Shown here in pieces: positions 28,193 to 38,884 of a stretch of 64,000 nt of DNA. A program made the translations under genes and the position numbers. The DNA lies in the NCBI GenBank assembly GCA_963821685.1, contig CAWGEW010000004.1, positions 6,244 through 70,243 of the forward strand, given 5' to 3'. This DNA is from an uncultured Actinomycetes bacterium (GTDB taxonomy: Bacteria; Actinomycetota; Thermoleophilia; Solirubrobacterales; Solirubrobacteraceae). The notes beneath the pieces were generated by a model. The model had not been told where the DNA came from and made no database searches. It saw nothing but the letters and a program-made list of their open reading frames with translations. Positions within the stretch are counted from its first letter, which is position 1, and each line of letters starts with the position of its first letter.

Positions 28193-28930
28193 ATGACCGT
28201 CGCGACCAGCGCGGCCGTCAGCGGAACCGGTCTCACACGCCGCTACGGCGAAGGAGACACAGCCGTCGACGCCCTGCGCGGCATCGACATCGACGTCCCG
28301 CGCGGCGAGTTCGTCGCCGTGATGGGGCCGTCCGGCTCCGGCAAGTCCACCCTGATGCACCTGCTCGCGGGACTCGACGTCCCGACCGAGGGCACCGTGC
28401 GCATCGACGGCGAGGACCTCGCAGGCCTCTCCGACGACCGCCTCGCGAAGCTGCGGCGCACACGCGTCGGGTTCATCTTCCAGAGCTTCAACCTGGTCCC
28501 GACGCTCAGCGCGGAGGAGAACGTCGTGCTGCCGCTGCAGCTCGCGGGCGAGCGCGTCGACACGGCGTGGCTCGAGCTCGTGCTCGACCGCGTCGGACTG
28601 ACGGGTCGCCGCGATCACAAGCCGTCCGAGCTCTCGGGCGGCCAGCAGCAGCGCGTCGCCGTGGCGCGGGCGCTCGTCACCGGCCCGGCCGTGCTGTTCG
28701 CCGACGAGCCGACCGGCAACCTCGACTCGCGCTCCGGCGCCGAGGTGCTCGGCCTGCTGCGCGAAGCCGTCGACGCCGACGGCCAGACGATCGTCATGGT
28801 CACCCACGACCCGCGCGCGGCGGCTGTCGCCGACGGCGTCGTCTTCCTCGCGGACGGCGACATCGTGCGCGAGCTGCGCGACCCGTCCGAGGACACGGTC
28901 ATCGCGACGATGGCAGAGGTGACGTCATGA
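28193..28930 (+). CDS. ABC transporter ATP-binding protein (MacB/LolD-like). The true start is probably ATG 28162, with a 1-nt insertion in the C-run at 28184-28188.
   Basis: MTVATSAAVSGTGLTRRYGEGDTAVDALRGIDIDVPRGEFVAVMGPSGSGKSTLMHLLAGLD...LSGGQQQRVAVARAL...LFADEPTGNLD. The TGA overlaps the permease ATG (ATGA at 28927-28930). Confidence 0.9.
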   Translation: MTVATSAAVSGTGLTRRYGEGDTAVDALRGIDIDVPRGEFVAVMGPSGSGKSTLMHLLAGLDVPTEGTVRIDGEDLAGLSDDRLAKLRRTRVGFIFQSFNLVPTLSAEENVVLPLQLAGERVDTAWLELVLDRVGLTGRRDHKPSELSGGQQQRVAVARALVTGPAVLFADEPTGNLDSRSGAEVLGLLREAVDADGQTIVMVTHDPRAAAVADGVVFLADGDIVRELRDPSEDTVIATMAEVTS

Positions 28931-31351
28931 GGCGCCTCGCATTTGCAGACCTGCGCTCGCATCGCCTGCGCACGCTTCTCAGCGTCATCGCAGTGACGCT
29001 CGGGGTCGCGCTCGTCACGGGCGCCATGACCCTCACCGGGACGATGACGCGTGCAGCGTCGTCGCTCTCCACCTCCGCCTACGACGGCGTCGACGCGGCA
29101 GTGACCGCGCACTCGCCCGTGAGCGAGACCGACGACGTCCAGGGCGTCACGCGGCCGTCGCTGCCCGAGGCTGCGATTCGCCGCGTCGCCACGTCGCCCG
29201 GCGTCACCGTCGCGGCCGGCGAGGTCCTGCGCGACGACGTGCAGATCACCGGCGCGGGCGGCAAGCCGTCCGGCGGCGGGCCGTACTTCGGCGTCGGGTT
29301 CCCGTTCAGGGACGCGGCGGCGCGGCGTCTGTCGGCGTTCCATCTGGACAGCGGCGCATGGCCCGCCGGGCCGGGTGCCGTCGCGATCGACGTCGCGACC
29401 GCTGACCGCGAGGGCATCAAGCCCGGCGACAGCGTGCGCGTCGCCGCCGGCGGCGCCTCGCACCCGTTCCGCGTGTCTGGACTCGTGCGCTTCGGCAACG
29501 TCAAGGCGCTCGGAACGGCCACGACCGCGCTGTTCGACCTGCCGACCGGCCAGTCGCTGTTCGACCGTCGCGGGCGCGTTGACTCGGTGCTCGCCGCGGC
29601 GGGATCCGGGACGACGCCGGCCGCGCTGCGCACGACGCTGAGGCGCGAGCTCGGCCCGTCCGTGCGCGTGCGCAGCGGCCACGCGCAGGACCGTTTCGAC
29701 CTCGGCGGGCTGAAGCAGTTCGTCTCGATCATCCAGTCGATCCTGCTGGCGCTCGGCATCGTCGCCGTCGTCGTCGGTGCCTTCACGATCGCCAACACGC
29801 TGTCGATGGCGGTCGCTCAGCAGCAGCGCACGCTGGCGCTGCTGCGGTCCGTCGGGGCCACACGTCGCCAGGTGCGCCGGATGGTCGTCGTCCAGGCGCT
29901 CGCGATCGGCGTCGCAGGGTCGGTCGCCGGTCTCGTCGTCGGCTTCGGCCTGGCCCAGGGCCTCGCGTCGCTGTTCGACGCGCTCGGTCTGTCGCTGCCG
30001 ACCGCCGGGATGCAGATCAGCGCCGGCGCCGTGATCGCCGCCGTGGTGATCGGAACGGTCGTCCCGCTGCTCGCGGCGCTGCGTCCGGCACGCCGGGCCG
30101 CGCGTGTTGCGCCGGCCGCCGCGCTGCGTGACGCAGACGATCCGCGTCCGGGCATCGTCGGCCGCGCCGTGCGCGTGATCGCCGGCATCGTCGGAGCGCC
30201 CGCCGCGCTGCTGGGCGGCGTCCCCGGCTCGCTGGCACGCCGCAACGCGATGCGCCGTCCGGGCCGCACCGCCTCGACGGCGCTCGCGCTGACGATCGGT
30301 GTGACGCTCGTGGCCGCGGTCGCGATCGTCGTCAGCGGTCTGAAGGGCACCGCCAGCTCGCAGGTGAAGGCCCACATCAGCGCCGACTACGTCGTCGCCT
30401 CGCAGGAGCAGGGCTACGGGCCGGCGTCACGTGAGGCGCTGCATGCCGTCGCGAAGGCGCCGGGTGTCCGCAGCGTCGGCGCCGTCGCGCTCGACCGCGC
30501 CCGTCTGGGCAAGGACGACGCGACCGTCGCAGGCGTCGACCGCGCAGCGACGCTCGATGCTGCGCTACGACATCAAGTCGGGGACGGCTGGACCCGGCGG
30601 ACTGCCGGGCGCCGGCGATGCCTACGTCGCCGATCGCTATGCCGACAAGCACGGCATCTCGCTCGGTGACCGGATCACGCTGCGCTCGGCGACCGGCGCG
30701 CCGGTGACTGCGCGCGTGTCGGCGATCACCCGCCGGCCGGCGATCGACGTCCTGCAGATCGGTGACGTGACGCTGCCGTGGGCGGCCTACCGGTCCGCGT
30801 TCGCCACGCAGGTTGCGCGCTTCGGGCTGGTCGACACCGTCGATGGCACGTCGCCGGCGCGGCAGGCGGCGATCGCGCGTTCGATGCACGCGTTCCCCGG
30901 CGCCTACGTGCAGCCGGCACAGCGCTGGGGCGAGGATCAGACGACCTGGCTGGACCAGGTGCTGGCGATCATCGTCGTGATGCTGGCACTGGCCGTCGTC
31001 GTGAGCCTGCTCGGCATCGTCAACACGCTCGCGCTGGCGGTCGTGGAGCGCACGCGTGAGATCGGGCTGCTGCGCGCAGCCGGCATGACCCGCCGTCAGG
31101 TGCGGCGGATGGTGCGCTGGGAGAGCGTGCTGACCGCGCTCGTCGGCGCGGGCCTGGGCATCGCCGCCGGGCTCGCGATCGCCGCCGTCGTGACCGCGCT
31201 GCTGCGCGATCAGGGCCTGGCGTTCGTCCTGCCGGTCGGCTTCCTCGCCGCGGTCGCGATCGTGGCCGCGGGCGCGGGTGTCGTCGCGGCGATCATCCCG
31301 GCTCGGCGCGCGGGCCGGATGGACGTCCTCGCCGCGGTGACGATCGACTGA
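28927..31351 (+). pseudogene. ABC transporter permease with two FtsX-type domains (MacB/YbbP-like) and one +1 frameshift near 30555.
   Basis: MRRLAFADLRSHRLRTLLSVIAVTLGVALV... The first FtsX module reads ...IQSILLALGIVAVVVGAFTIANTLSMAVAQQQRTLALLRSVGATRRQVRRMV. After the shift the second module reads ...LAIIVVMLALAVVVSLLGIVNTLALAVVERTREIGLLRAAGMTRRQVRRMV...AAVTID. Confidence 0.85.
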
Positions 31352-31382
31352 TCCCCATCGACAACACGACGACGTTCCCGGC

Positions 31383-31411
31383 GGCCCGGGCCACGCTCAG
31401 TGGCTCGGGCC
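31383..31411. terminator. Bidirectional hairpin between the convergent permease and FG-GAP genes.
   Basis: ggcccgggccac / gtggctcgggcc forms a 12-bp stem with one G-U pair and the loop gctca. It sits between stop 31351 (+) and stop 31434 (-). Confidence 0.5.
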
Positions 31412-31433
31412 GTCCGGCGTTGCGGACCACGCG

Positions 31434-33093
31434 TCAGCGCTTCTGGTGTTTGACGGCGGCGCGCTTCAGCAGCAGCGTCCGCCGCTTCGTGGCGCGGCTG
31501 CCGTCGGTGCCGGTGGCCACGATCGAGAGCGTCGCCTTGACGCTGCGCCGCGCCTTGACCAGCTTGCGCCCGGCGGCGTTGAGCTTGACCTGGAGCTTGC
31601 GCGTCCTGCCTGCCGGGATCGTGATGTGCGCAGAGCCGATCCGGGTCGCCTTCGGCTTGGCCTTGGCGGCGCTCGCAGTCCCCACGCCCTGAACGGTGAG
31701 TGTCAGGTCGACGGACGCCGTCGGCGGGTTCGAGGCGCTTCCGAGCCCGAGTTGCGCCTTCGAGCCGACCGTGAGCGCGGTGGGAACACCCTTGATGCCG
31801 GACAGCGGCAGCAGCGGTGTGGCCGCGGGCGCTGATGGCGGCGCAGCGGGGGTCGGGATCGGCTTGGGAGGCAGCGGCGAGGTGTTGTGCAGGATCTCGA
31901 TGGTGTGACCGACGACGTCCGCGATGACCGCGTCCGGCCGGCCGTCACGGTCGATGTCGGCGGGCTCGGCCTGGACCGTTCCGGACGCCGTGTTGCAGGG
32001 GAACGTCCTGCCCGGCCGCAAAGTTGTCGGTCCCATCGCCGGCGTACGCCACGGCGCGCCCGTACGCGGTCACGCCGAGCACGTCCGGGTGACCGTCGCC
32101 GTTGAAGTCTGCGACGACGGTCGGTTCGAGGCCCTCGATCGATGTGATCGTCTTGGCCGGGCCGTCCGCGATGCCGGTTGCGCCCCAGTGCTGGATGCTG
32201 AACGAGCCGCCCTGGCTGCCGCCGCGGCTTGTGATCACGTCGAGGTGGCCGTCGCCGTCGGTATCGGCGAGCCGCATCCAGGCTGCCTCACCGCCGGCGT
32301 CGCGCTCGGAGAACGACCAGATCGAGCTCGGCCCGTTCGGCAGGCCGTCGGCGATCCCGTACGTGATGAACCCCTTGCCGCCGGCGGTGAGGATCTGGTC
32401 GCGCCCGGTGCCGTTGAGCCGGCCGGAGATCAGCGGCCCGCTGATCTTCGGGAAGTCCGGCCGGTTGAAGCAATCATTGGTCACCCAGTCCCAGCTCACG
32501 CAGGCGACCTCGCCCTGCTCGCTCGTGCTGGGGTTGTAGAAGTCGGTCTGGTAGACGAGAACGGGCGGGCCGCCGTCCTTGCGCACGTTCGCGAGCTCGA
32601 TCGGGTCGGTCTTGAACATGACCTGCCCGATGATGACCCCTGGCGACACGACGGCCGCCCCGAACCCACCGGCACCGTCGCCGGCCATCCGTCCGGGGCG
32701 CCGGCCGGGCAGGACACGCAGGCACGCGACGACGACATCGAGCTTGCCATCAGGCACGAGATCACTGCCTGTGGTCGTCACGTCGCCGAGCTCCGTGTCC
32801 GTCGCACCGTCGCACGTCTGGTGGTACACCGGGTCCGCGAACGTGCCGTCGCCGTTGTTCAGCAGGACCGCGATGCTCGTCGGCCCCGTGTCCGTGTAGA
32901 GGGTCGCGACGATGTCGGGGCCGTTCTTGGCATCGACGTCACCGATCGCCAGCGACGCGGGACCGGCGGACAAGAAAAAGTCCGTGCGTTCGAAGCTGAA
33001 CGCTCCGTGTGCCGCGCCCGGGACCACCATCGCGGCCGTCAGCACCGCGAGCAACAGCCGCCGGATCCTGCGCGGGGCTCGCTGCGCGTTCAT
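31434..33093 (-). pseudogene. Secreted FG-GAP/VCBS (integrin-alpha-like) repeat protein with a basic C-terminal module and one insertion-type frameshift near 32010.
   Basis: MNAQRAPRRIRRLLLAVLTAAMVVPGAAHG, then repeats such as IGDVDAKNGPDIV, DTDGDGHLDVIT, VADFNGDGHPDVL and ADIDRDGRPDAVI. The C-terminus is ...IGSAHITIPAGRTRKLQVKLNAAGRKLVKARRSVKATLSIVATGTDGSRATKRRTLLLKRAAVKHQKR. Its ATG overlaps the upstream gene's TGA (ATGA at 33090-33093). Confidence 0.78.
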
Positions 33094-36000
33094 CGCAGCT
33101 TCTCGAGCGGCAGGAAGCGCGTCGGCGCGCGCCGCGCGTTTGCGCGGTAGCGCACGCTGCGCGGAGATCCCTGACGCTGCGGCGCAGTTGCCCGGACGGC
33201 GACCGTTCCACCGCTGCTGCGGGCGATGCCGGACAGCCTGATCGTCGCCGCGCGGTGTGCCGGCTGCTCTGACGGCCCGACGCGGTGGTGACGACGACGT
33301 CGTAGCGGGTGGCGCCGGCGACGCGCGGCCAACTGACCTGCAGCGTGCCGCCGCGGCGCGTGACGCGAACGCGTGCCGGCCGGCCAAGCACCGGCGAGGG
33401 CGGGGTGAAGCGCGCGATCGTGAGCGTCTCCGCGCGCAGCCCGGCGAGCGAGAACTGCGCCTCGATCCGCCGCCTGTCACGACCGGGAGCGGGCGTGAAG
33501 GTCAGCTTGCCGCGGCCACCGCGCGCGGTCCCGATCACGCGCCGAGCACCGAGTCCGACCTCGACGAAGGTGACCCGCTGGCCGGGGCGCGAGCGGATGT
33601 TGTACGACAGCGTCCGCCGGGTTCCGGCGGCAGCCACGGCGGCGGCCTTCGCGGTCGTCGATGCGGCCGCTGCGGGAGAGGGTTCGCTGACGCTCGCCTC
33701 CGCCTCTGCCGCGCCCGGGTCCTCGGCCTCGGTCGTCTTCGTGATCGCCGGTGAGCCCGCGAGCTTCTCGATCGTGTACGTCCCGGGCTTGGGGTCCTTC
33801 AGGCCGACGATCGTCCGCTTCAGCTGTTCGGAGCGCAGGATCCGGATGGCGTCGATCCCGCCGACGCCAGGCCCCTGGGTGCTCTCGAACGTCTTGCCGT
33901 CCGGTGTCGTCACGCGCACGCGCGGCGCCCCGTCGGTGCCGTCGAGTTGCACCGCAAGGCTCGGATCCCCCTCCTTGACCGTTACGCGCATCGGGCCGCC
34001 GGACTGCGCCGCGCTGGCGCCGAAGACGTTGCGGTCGGCAAAGCGCGTCCAGCGGCAGCCGTCGAACGGCCAGATGACCACGTCGAACGGGTTGTAGACG
34101 ACGCCGCCGCCGATGTTGACGTCGCCCACGAAGAGGTCGACGTTGACGCAGCCTCCGACTCCGACGTCGGAGACATTTGCGTCAGCCCCGGCGCAGATGA
34201 TGTCCACGACGCAGACCCTGGCGTGCAAGCCGAGGTTGAACCTCCCGTTCTCGGCGTTGAACTGGCCGTCCGCGTGCCCGCTGATGCTGACGATGTCGAA
34301 GAAGTCGAAGTCGATGCCGCCGCCGAAGGCGACGTACCCGGGCGCCTTGTAGAGCAGGTACGCACCGCCGAGCCGCATCCGCGTATCGATCAGCGGGATC
34401 TTCAGGTACGCGTCGGCCCCGATCGCGAGCGTGAAGGTCGTGTACTTGTAGTTGTACAGCTCGGCCGGGAACGCCTGGCCGACCTCCTCGCGCCGCAGCG
34501 TGAACGGCTGGGCGGTGGTCGGGAAGGCGAGTGCGAGGGCGCCGTCGATCTCGAAGATGCCGACTGCCGTCACGCGCGCCCCGCCGAGCAGGCGGCTCGG
34601 ATTGAGGCCGAATCCCGCACCGATGCGGTTCAGCTGCACGCCCGGGAACAGCGCGATCCCCGGATCGGGGAACGTCAGGTTCGCGTAGATCCGCTGCAGT
34701 TCGCCGTCGCGGATGACGACCCCGCCGGGCGGCGCCTCACCGGGTTTCTCGCGGGCGTCGAGGCACGCCAAAGCGGCGCACAGTTCTCCCTCTCCGCGCC
34801 ACTCCTGCGTCGCGCCCGTGTAGGAGATCACGAGTCCGCGGATCCCCACCGGTCCGATCGCGGCGTCGATCGGGCCGATCTTCATGTTGCTGAGCACGAG
34901 GTTCCCGGCCGTGTTCACGCGGAACGTCACGTCGCCCTGCCCGCTCACGTCTGGGATCAGCTCGAGGAAGTCCGGGAGCTTGAGGTGTGCGTTGATCTCG
35001 GCCCCTGCGGGCGTCGCGCCGTTTGCCGGGGTGAGGGTGACGGAGACATCGCCGGCGAGCCCGAAGCCGGCGAGCACCGCCAGCCCGCCCGGCAGCCGGT
35101 TGAAGCCCGTCCCGATGGGGATCTTCCCGTCGGACTTCCGCGGCTCGGTGCTGAGGCTGAACCGCGTGGGAGCGTCGATCTTGATGCCGCCGACGCTCGT
35201 CGTCGCATCCGAGCTCGCGATGCGTTTCACGGTCGGGAAGACGACGATGACGCCGCGATGCTGCGGGGACAGCTTGACGCCGTTGACCAGCACGGGGAGG
35301 CGGCTGAGGAAGGCGTGTGAGACGTTGAGCCCCTTCTCGATGAGCTTCGCAGCAGGTCCCGCCTTCCCGGCCACCTCATCGGTGTACGAGACCTTCGCGA
35401 TGTTGAGCATCTGGGTCAGGATTCCCCGCTCGGCCTCCGGTATCTGTGAGACGGTCCGGATCGGAGTCAGGCAGCCGCTGACCGACAGGCTGCCGGCGTC
35501 GACGGTCTGGTCCTCGCACCTGAGCTCTTCGAGCGCCTTCAAGAACCCCGTGTTGTCCTCGCGCGGGACGAGCTCGAACTTCGACGCGGCGGAGTCCTGG
35601 GCGTGCTTGCAGGTGTAGACCGGCGGGGCCTTGGCAAAGGCGTCCAGGACGCGCTGGAGCGCGGCATTCGCCGGTACTGCGACCGGTGCGGGCGCGACCG
35701 CGAACTTCTGGGCGAACGCCGTGCTGGCGCCTGCAGAATCGAACGCCTTCACGGTGACCGCGTTGGTCGCCAGTGCGGAGCCGGCGCTGAACCCCAGCGT
35801 CGTCTGATTCCCCGGGCAGGAGACATCGGTCTTGCCGTCGCCCGTGACATCCCACTCGAGCCGCTGTGGTTGCCCGACGACCGCCGCGCTCAGCAGCGCC
35901 GGGCGACCGGCGACCACCGGTGCTGCGGCGCCCATGCCGGTGATCAGAAGAGGGTTGGTCGCCGGCGGCGTCACGACGGGCGGCGTCACGACCGGAGGTG

Positions 36001-36586
36001 GCACATACGGCGGAGGATCGGTCTCGTACTCCAGGTCGTCGATCGCCCATCCCTGACCGGGAGGCGCTGATCCGCCGGTCCCCGCGACGTGAATAAAAGT
36101 GACACCCGGCTTCTGCACGGTGATCGGTACGAGCGGTCCATTGAGATTGCACGGAATGCCCTGCTGGTTGTCGATCTGAACGCCGCTCGCGTCGTACGCG
36201 TCGACGTTGATGTTCGGCTGCGGCGGGTCGCCGCCGCCGCCGTCGCGGCAGGCGTAGAAGCTGACCTTGCTCTGGGGCTTGTCGAAGCGGATCCAGGATG
36301 AGCTGAAGTCCGTCTGCAGGTCGTAGTTCAGCGCGGCGACGTTCGACCCGGACCGCGCCAGTCCGGGTTTGGCGACAACGGTCAGCGCACCCGACTGATC
36401 CGGAAACGGTGAGGTGCCGATGTGGACGCCACCCGCCGCGTACTGCTCGCCGAGGACCGTCGACGCGGGCTGCTCGTCGAAGTTGATGACTGCCGCGGAC
36501 GCGATCGGCGCGGCGCCCCCAAGGGCGCAGGTGAAACCGATCAGCCAAGCAGCCACTCCCAGCCGGTTGGCGCGAGGCCGAACCAT
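33090..36586 (-). pseudogene. Very large secreted protein of unknown function (about 1165 aa) with one frameshift near 33255-33285.
   Basis: Signal peptide MVRPRANRLGVAAWLIGFTCALGGAAPIASA. Then an N-terminal beta-sandwich-like domain (VINFDEQPASTVLGEQYAAGGVHIG...WAIDDLEYE), a P-rich linker (PPPYVPPPVVTPPVVTPP) and a PKD-like segment (LEWDVTGDGKTDVSCPG...VTVKAFDSAG). About 650 aa of G/V/D-rich beta-type sequence with no motif I recognise follows, then Fn3-like ends (LQVSWPRVAGATRYDVVVTT). After the shift it reads ...ATIRLSGIARSSGGTVAVRATAPQRQGSPRSVRYRA... Confidence 0.7.
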
Positions 36587-36681
36587 GCCGCCGCGAGCCT
36601 ACACCTTGGCCGCGTCCGCGACGAAAATGTGTAAGTGGCAAGGCACGGGCGGATTGACGCGCCGCCGCGAAATCCGTCAGA

Positions 36682-37620
36682 GTGGGGAGTGGAACGTCCC
36701 ACTTCTTGCCTGGAGCCCCCTTGAGCCTCGAGGACCCCGTCGTCATCACCTGCGCCATCTCCGGCGCCATCGCCAACCGCGAACAGTGCCCGGCGATCCC
36801 GTACACCCCCGAGGAATACGGCGCCGAGGCGCGCCGGATCGTCGACGAGGGCGGGGTGATGATCCACATCCACGCGCGCACCCCCGATGGCGCGCCGTCG
36901 TTCGAGATCGAGGACTTCCGCGCGATCACCGAGGAGATCCGCGCCCAGGCCGGCGACGTGATCATCAACTACTCGACGGGAGCCATCGGCATCCCGATCG
37001 AGAAGCGGGTCGCCTACCTGCGCGAGCTGCGCCCCGACGTGGCCGCGCTGAACATGGGCTCGATGAACTACGCGAAGTACTCGCGCTCGCGCAGGACGTT
37101 CGTCTTCGAGACCGTCTTCGCGAACCCGTTCAGCGAGATCATCGAGCTGCTCGAGGCGATGAACGAGCTGCAGATCAAGCCCGAGCACGAGTGCTTCGAT
37201 CTCGGCCACATCGGCAGCCTCGAGCCGCTCGTGCACATGGGTGTCCTACACACGCCGCTGCACGTCGACTGCGTGATGGGCGTCGTCGGCGGCGTCCCGC
37301 CGACCGCCCGCAACCTCGCCGCGATGGTCGACAACATCCCGGATTCGGAAGCGGGACCCACCTCCGGCGGCCGCTCGCACTGGGCCGTCATCGGCATCTC
37401 GCGCAACCAGTGGACGCTGATCAGCGCGGCGCTCGCGCTCGGCGGCTCCATTCGCGTCGGCCTCGAGGACAACTTCTACCTGCCCGACGGCACGATGGCG
37501 CGGTCCAACGGCGACCTCGTCGCGAAGGCGCGCGAGATGGTCGTCAATGCCGGCCGCCGTCCCGCGACCGTCGCCGAGGCACGCACGCTGCTCAGCCTGC
37601 CCGAGCGCGCATCAGCGTGA
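36682..37620 (+). CDS. 3-keto-5-aminohexanoate cleavage enzyme family (BKACE, DUF849) protein.
   Basis: PVVITCAISGAIANREQCPAIPYTPEEYGAEARRIVDEGGVMIHIHARTPDGAPS...VIINYSTGA...ALNMGSMNY...IRVGLEDNFYLPDGTMARSNGDLV. Intact. The start is uncertain (GTG 36682 or TTG about 36720). Confidence 0.85.
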   Translation: MGSGTSHFLPGAPLSLEDPVVITCAISGAIANREQCPAIPYTPEEYGAEARRIVDEGGVMIHIHARTPDGAPSFEIEDFRAITEEIRAQAGDVIINYSTGAIGIPIEKRVAYLRELRPDVAALNMGSMNYAKYSRSRRTFVFETVFANPFSEIIELLEAMNELQIKPEHECFDLGHIGSLEPLVHMGVLHTPLHVDCVMGVVGGVPPTARNLAAMVDNIPDSEAGPTSGGRSHWAVIGISRNQWTLISAALALGGSIRVGLEDNFYLPDGTMARSNGDLVAKAREMVVNAGRRPATVAEARTLLSLPERASA

Positions 37621-37654
37621 GCAATCCGATCACCCTCCAAGGAGACCACCACCG

Positions 37655-38884
37655 ATGAGCCTTCCGCTCGAGGGCGTGCGCGTCCTGGACCTGTCCCGGC
37701 TGCTGCCCGGCCCGTTCTGCTCACTGCTGCTCGCCGACTTCGGCGCCGAGGTGATCAAGGTCGAGGACATGGGGATGGGCGACTACGCGCGCTGGTCACC
37801 GCCCTACTACGAGGGCGCTCAGGACAGTGCGAAGAGCGCGCTGTTCCTCGGCCTGAATCGCAACAAGACCTCGATCCGCGTGAACCTCAAGGACGAGCGC
37901 GGGCGCGAGGTGCTGCTGCGGCTGGCACGGGACGCCGACGTGGTGCTCGAGTCGTTCCGCCCCGGCGTGCTCGACCGGCTCGGCGTGGGCTACGAGCAAC
38001 TCAAGGAGGTCAACCCGGGGATCGTCTACTGCGCGATCACCGGGTATGGGCTCGACGGCCCGCTGCGCGACCGCTCCGGTCACGACATGAACTACCTCGG
38101 GCTGATCGGCCTGCTGGGCCTGACCGGCGAGGGGGACGGGCCGCCCGTGCAGTCCGCCGGGCAGATCGCCGACGTCGGCGGGGGCGCGCTGATGGCCGCG
38201 TTCGGGATCCTCGCGGCGCTGCGCGAGCGTGAGCGCTCGGGCGTCGGTCAGGTCGTCGACGTCTCGATGGCGGACGGCGCCCTGTCGTGGCTGTCGATGG
38301 TTGCTTCGAGCTATCTCGCGGACGGCAACGTTCCGCGCCGCGGACAGGTCCCGCTGGCCGGCATGTTCGTCTGTTATCGCCCGTACGAATGTGCCGACGG
38401 CTGGGTCACGCTCGGCGCGCTCGAGCCGAAGTTCTTCAAGAACTTCTGTCTCGGCGTCGGCCGCGAGGACCTCGTCGAGCACCAGTTCCAGCAGCCGGGG
38501 AGCGATGCTCACGCGCAGATCCAGGAGATCTTCCGTGGGCGCACGCGCGACGAGTGGACCGCGTTCGCCGGCGAGCATGACTGTTGCCTTGAGCCGGTCC
38601 TGGGCCTTGACGAGGTACTCGCGTCCGACCTCGTGCGCGAGCGCGAGATGGTCGTCGAGGTCGAGCAGCCGGGCGCCGACAGGCCCGTGCGTCAGCTCGG
38701 CATTCCGGTGAAGCTCTCACGTACGCCGGGCGATCCGCGCCGACTGCCGGGACCGGGTCTCGGCGAGCACACGGCGGCGGTCCTCGGGGCGGCCGGGTAC
38801 AGCGACGAGGAGATCGCCGCGCTCGAGCGCGACGGAGCCGTCGGTGCGCTCGCCGACGGGATCGGCGGGTCGTTCCTGTCATGA
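37655..38884 (+). CDS. CoA-transferase family III (CaiB/BaiF / alpha-methylacyl-CoA racemase-like).
   Basis: An aaggag SD precedes MSLPLEGVRVLDLSRLLPGPFCSLLLADFGAEVIKVE...NRNKTSIRVNLK...DVVLESFRPGV...VYCAITGYG...GHDMNY. Intact 409 aa. Confidence 0.88.
   Translation: MSLPLEGVRVLDLSRLLPGPFCSLLLADFGAEVIKVEDMGMGDYARWSPPYYEGAQDSAKSALFLGLNRNKTSIRVNLKDERGREVLLRLARDADVVLESFRPGVLDRLGVGYEQLKEVNPGIVYCAITGYGLDGPLRDRSGHDMNYLGLIGLLGLTGEGDGPPVQSAGQIADVGGGALMAAFGILAALRERERSGVGQVVDVSMADGALSWLSMVASSYLADGNVPRRGQVPLAGMFVCYRPYECADGWVTLGALEPKFFKNFCLGVGREDLVEHQFQQPGSDAHAQIQEIFRGRTRDEWTAFAGEHDCCLEPVLGLDEVLASDLVREREMVVEVEQPGADRPVRQLGIPVKLSRTPGDPRRLPGPGLGEHTAAVLGAAGYSDEEIAALERDGAVGALADGIGGSFLS

Noticed and set aside
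28615-30375. 586-aa minus-strand ORF.
   Set aside because: It is antisense to the FtsX-type permease, whose two FtsX modules are clear. Its product is Arg/Gly/Asp-rich shadow sequence.
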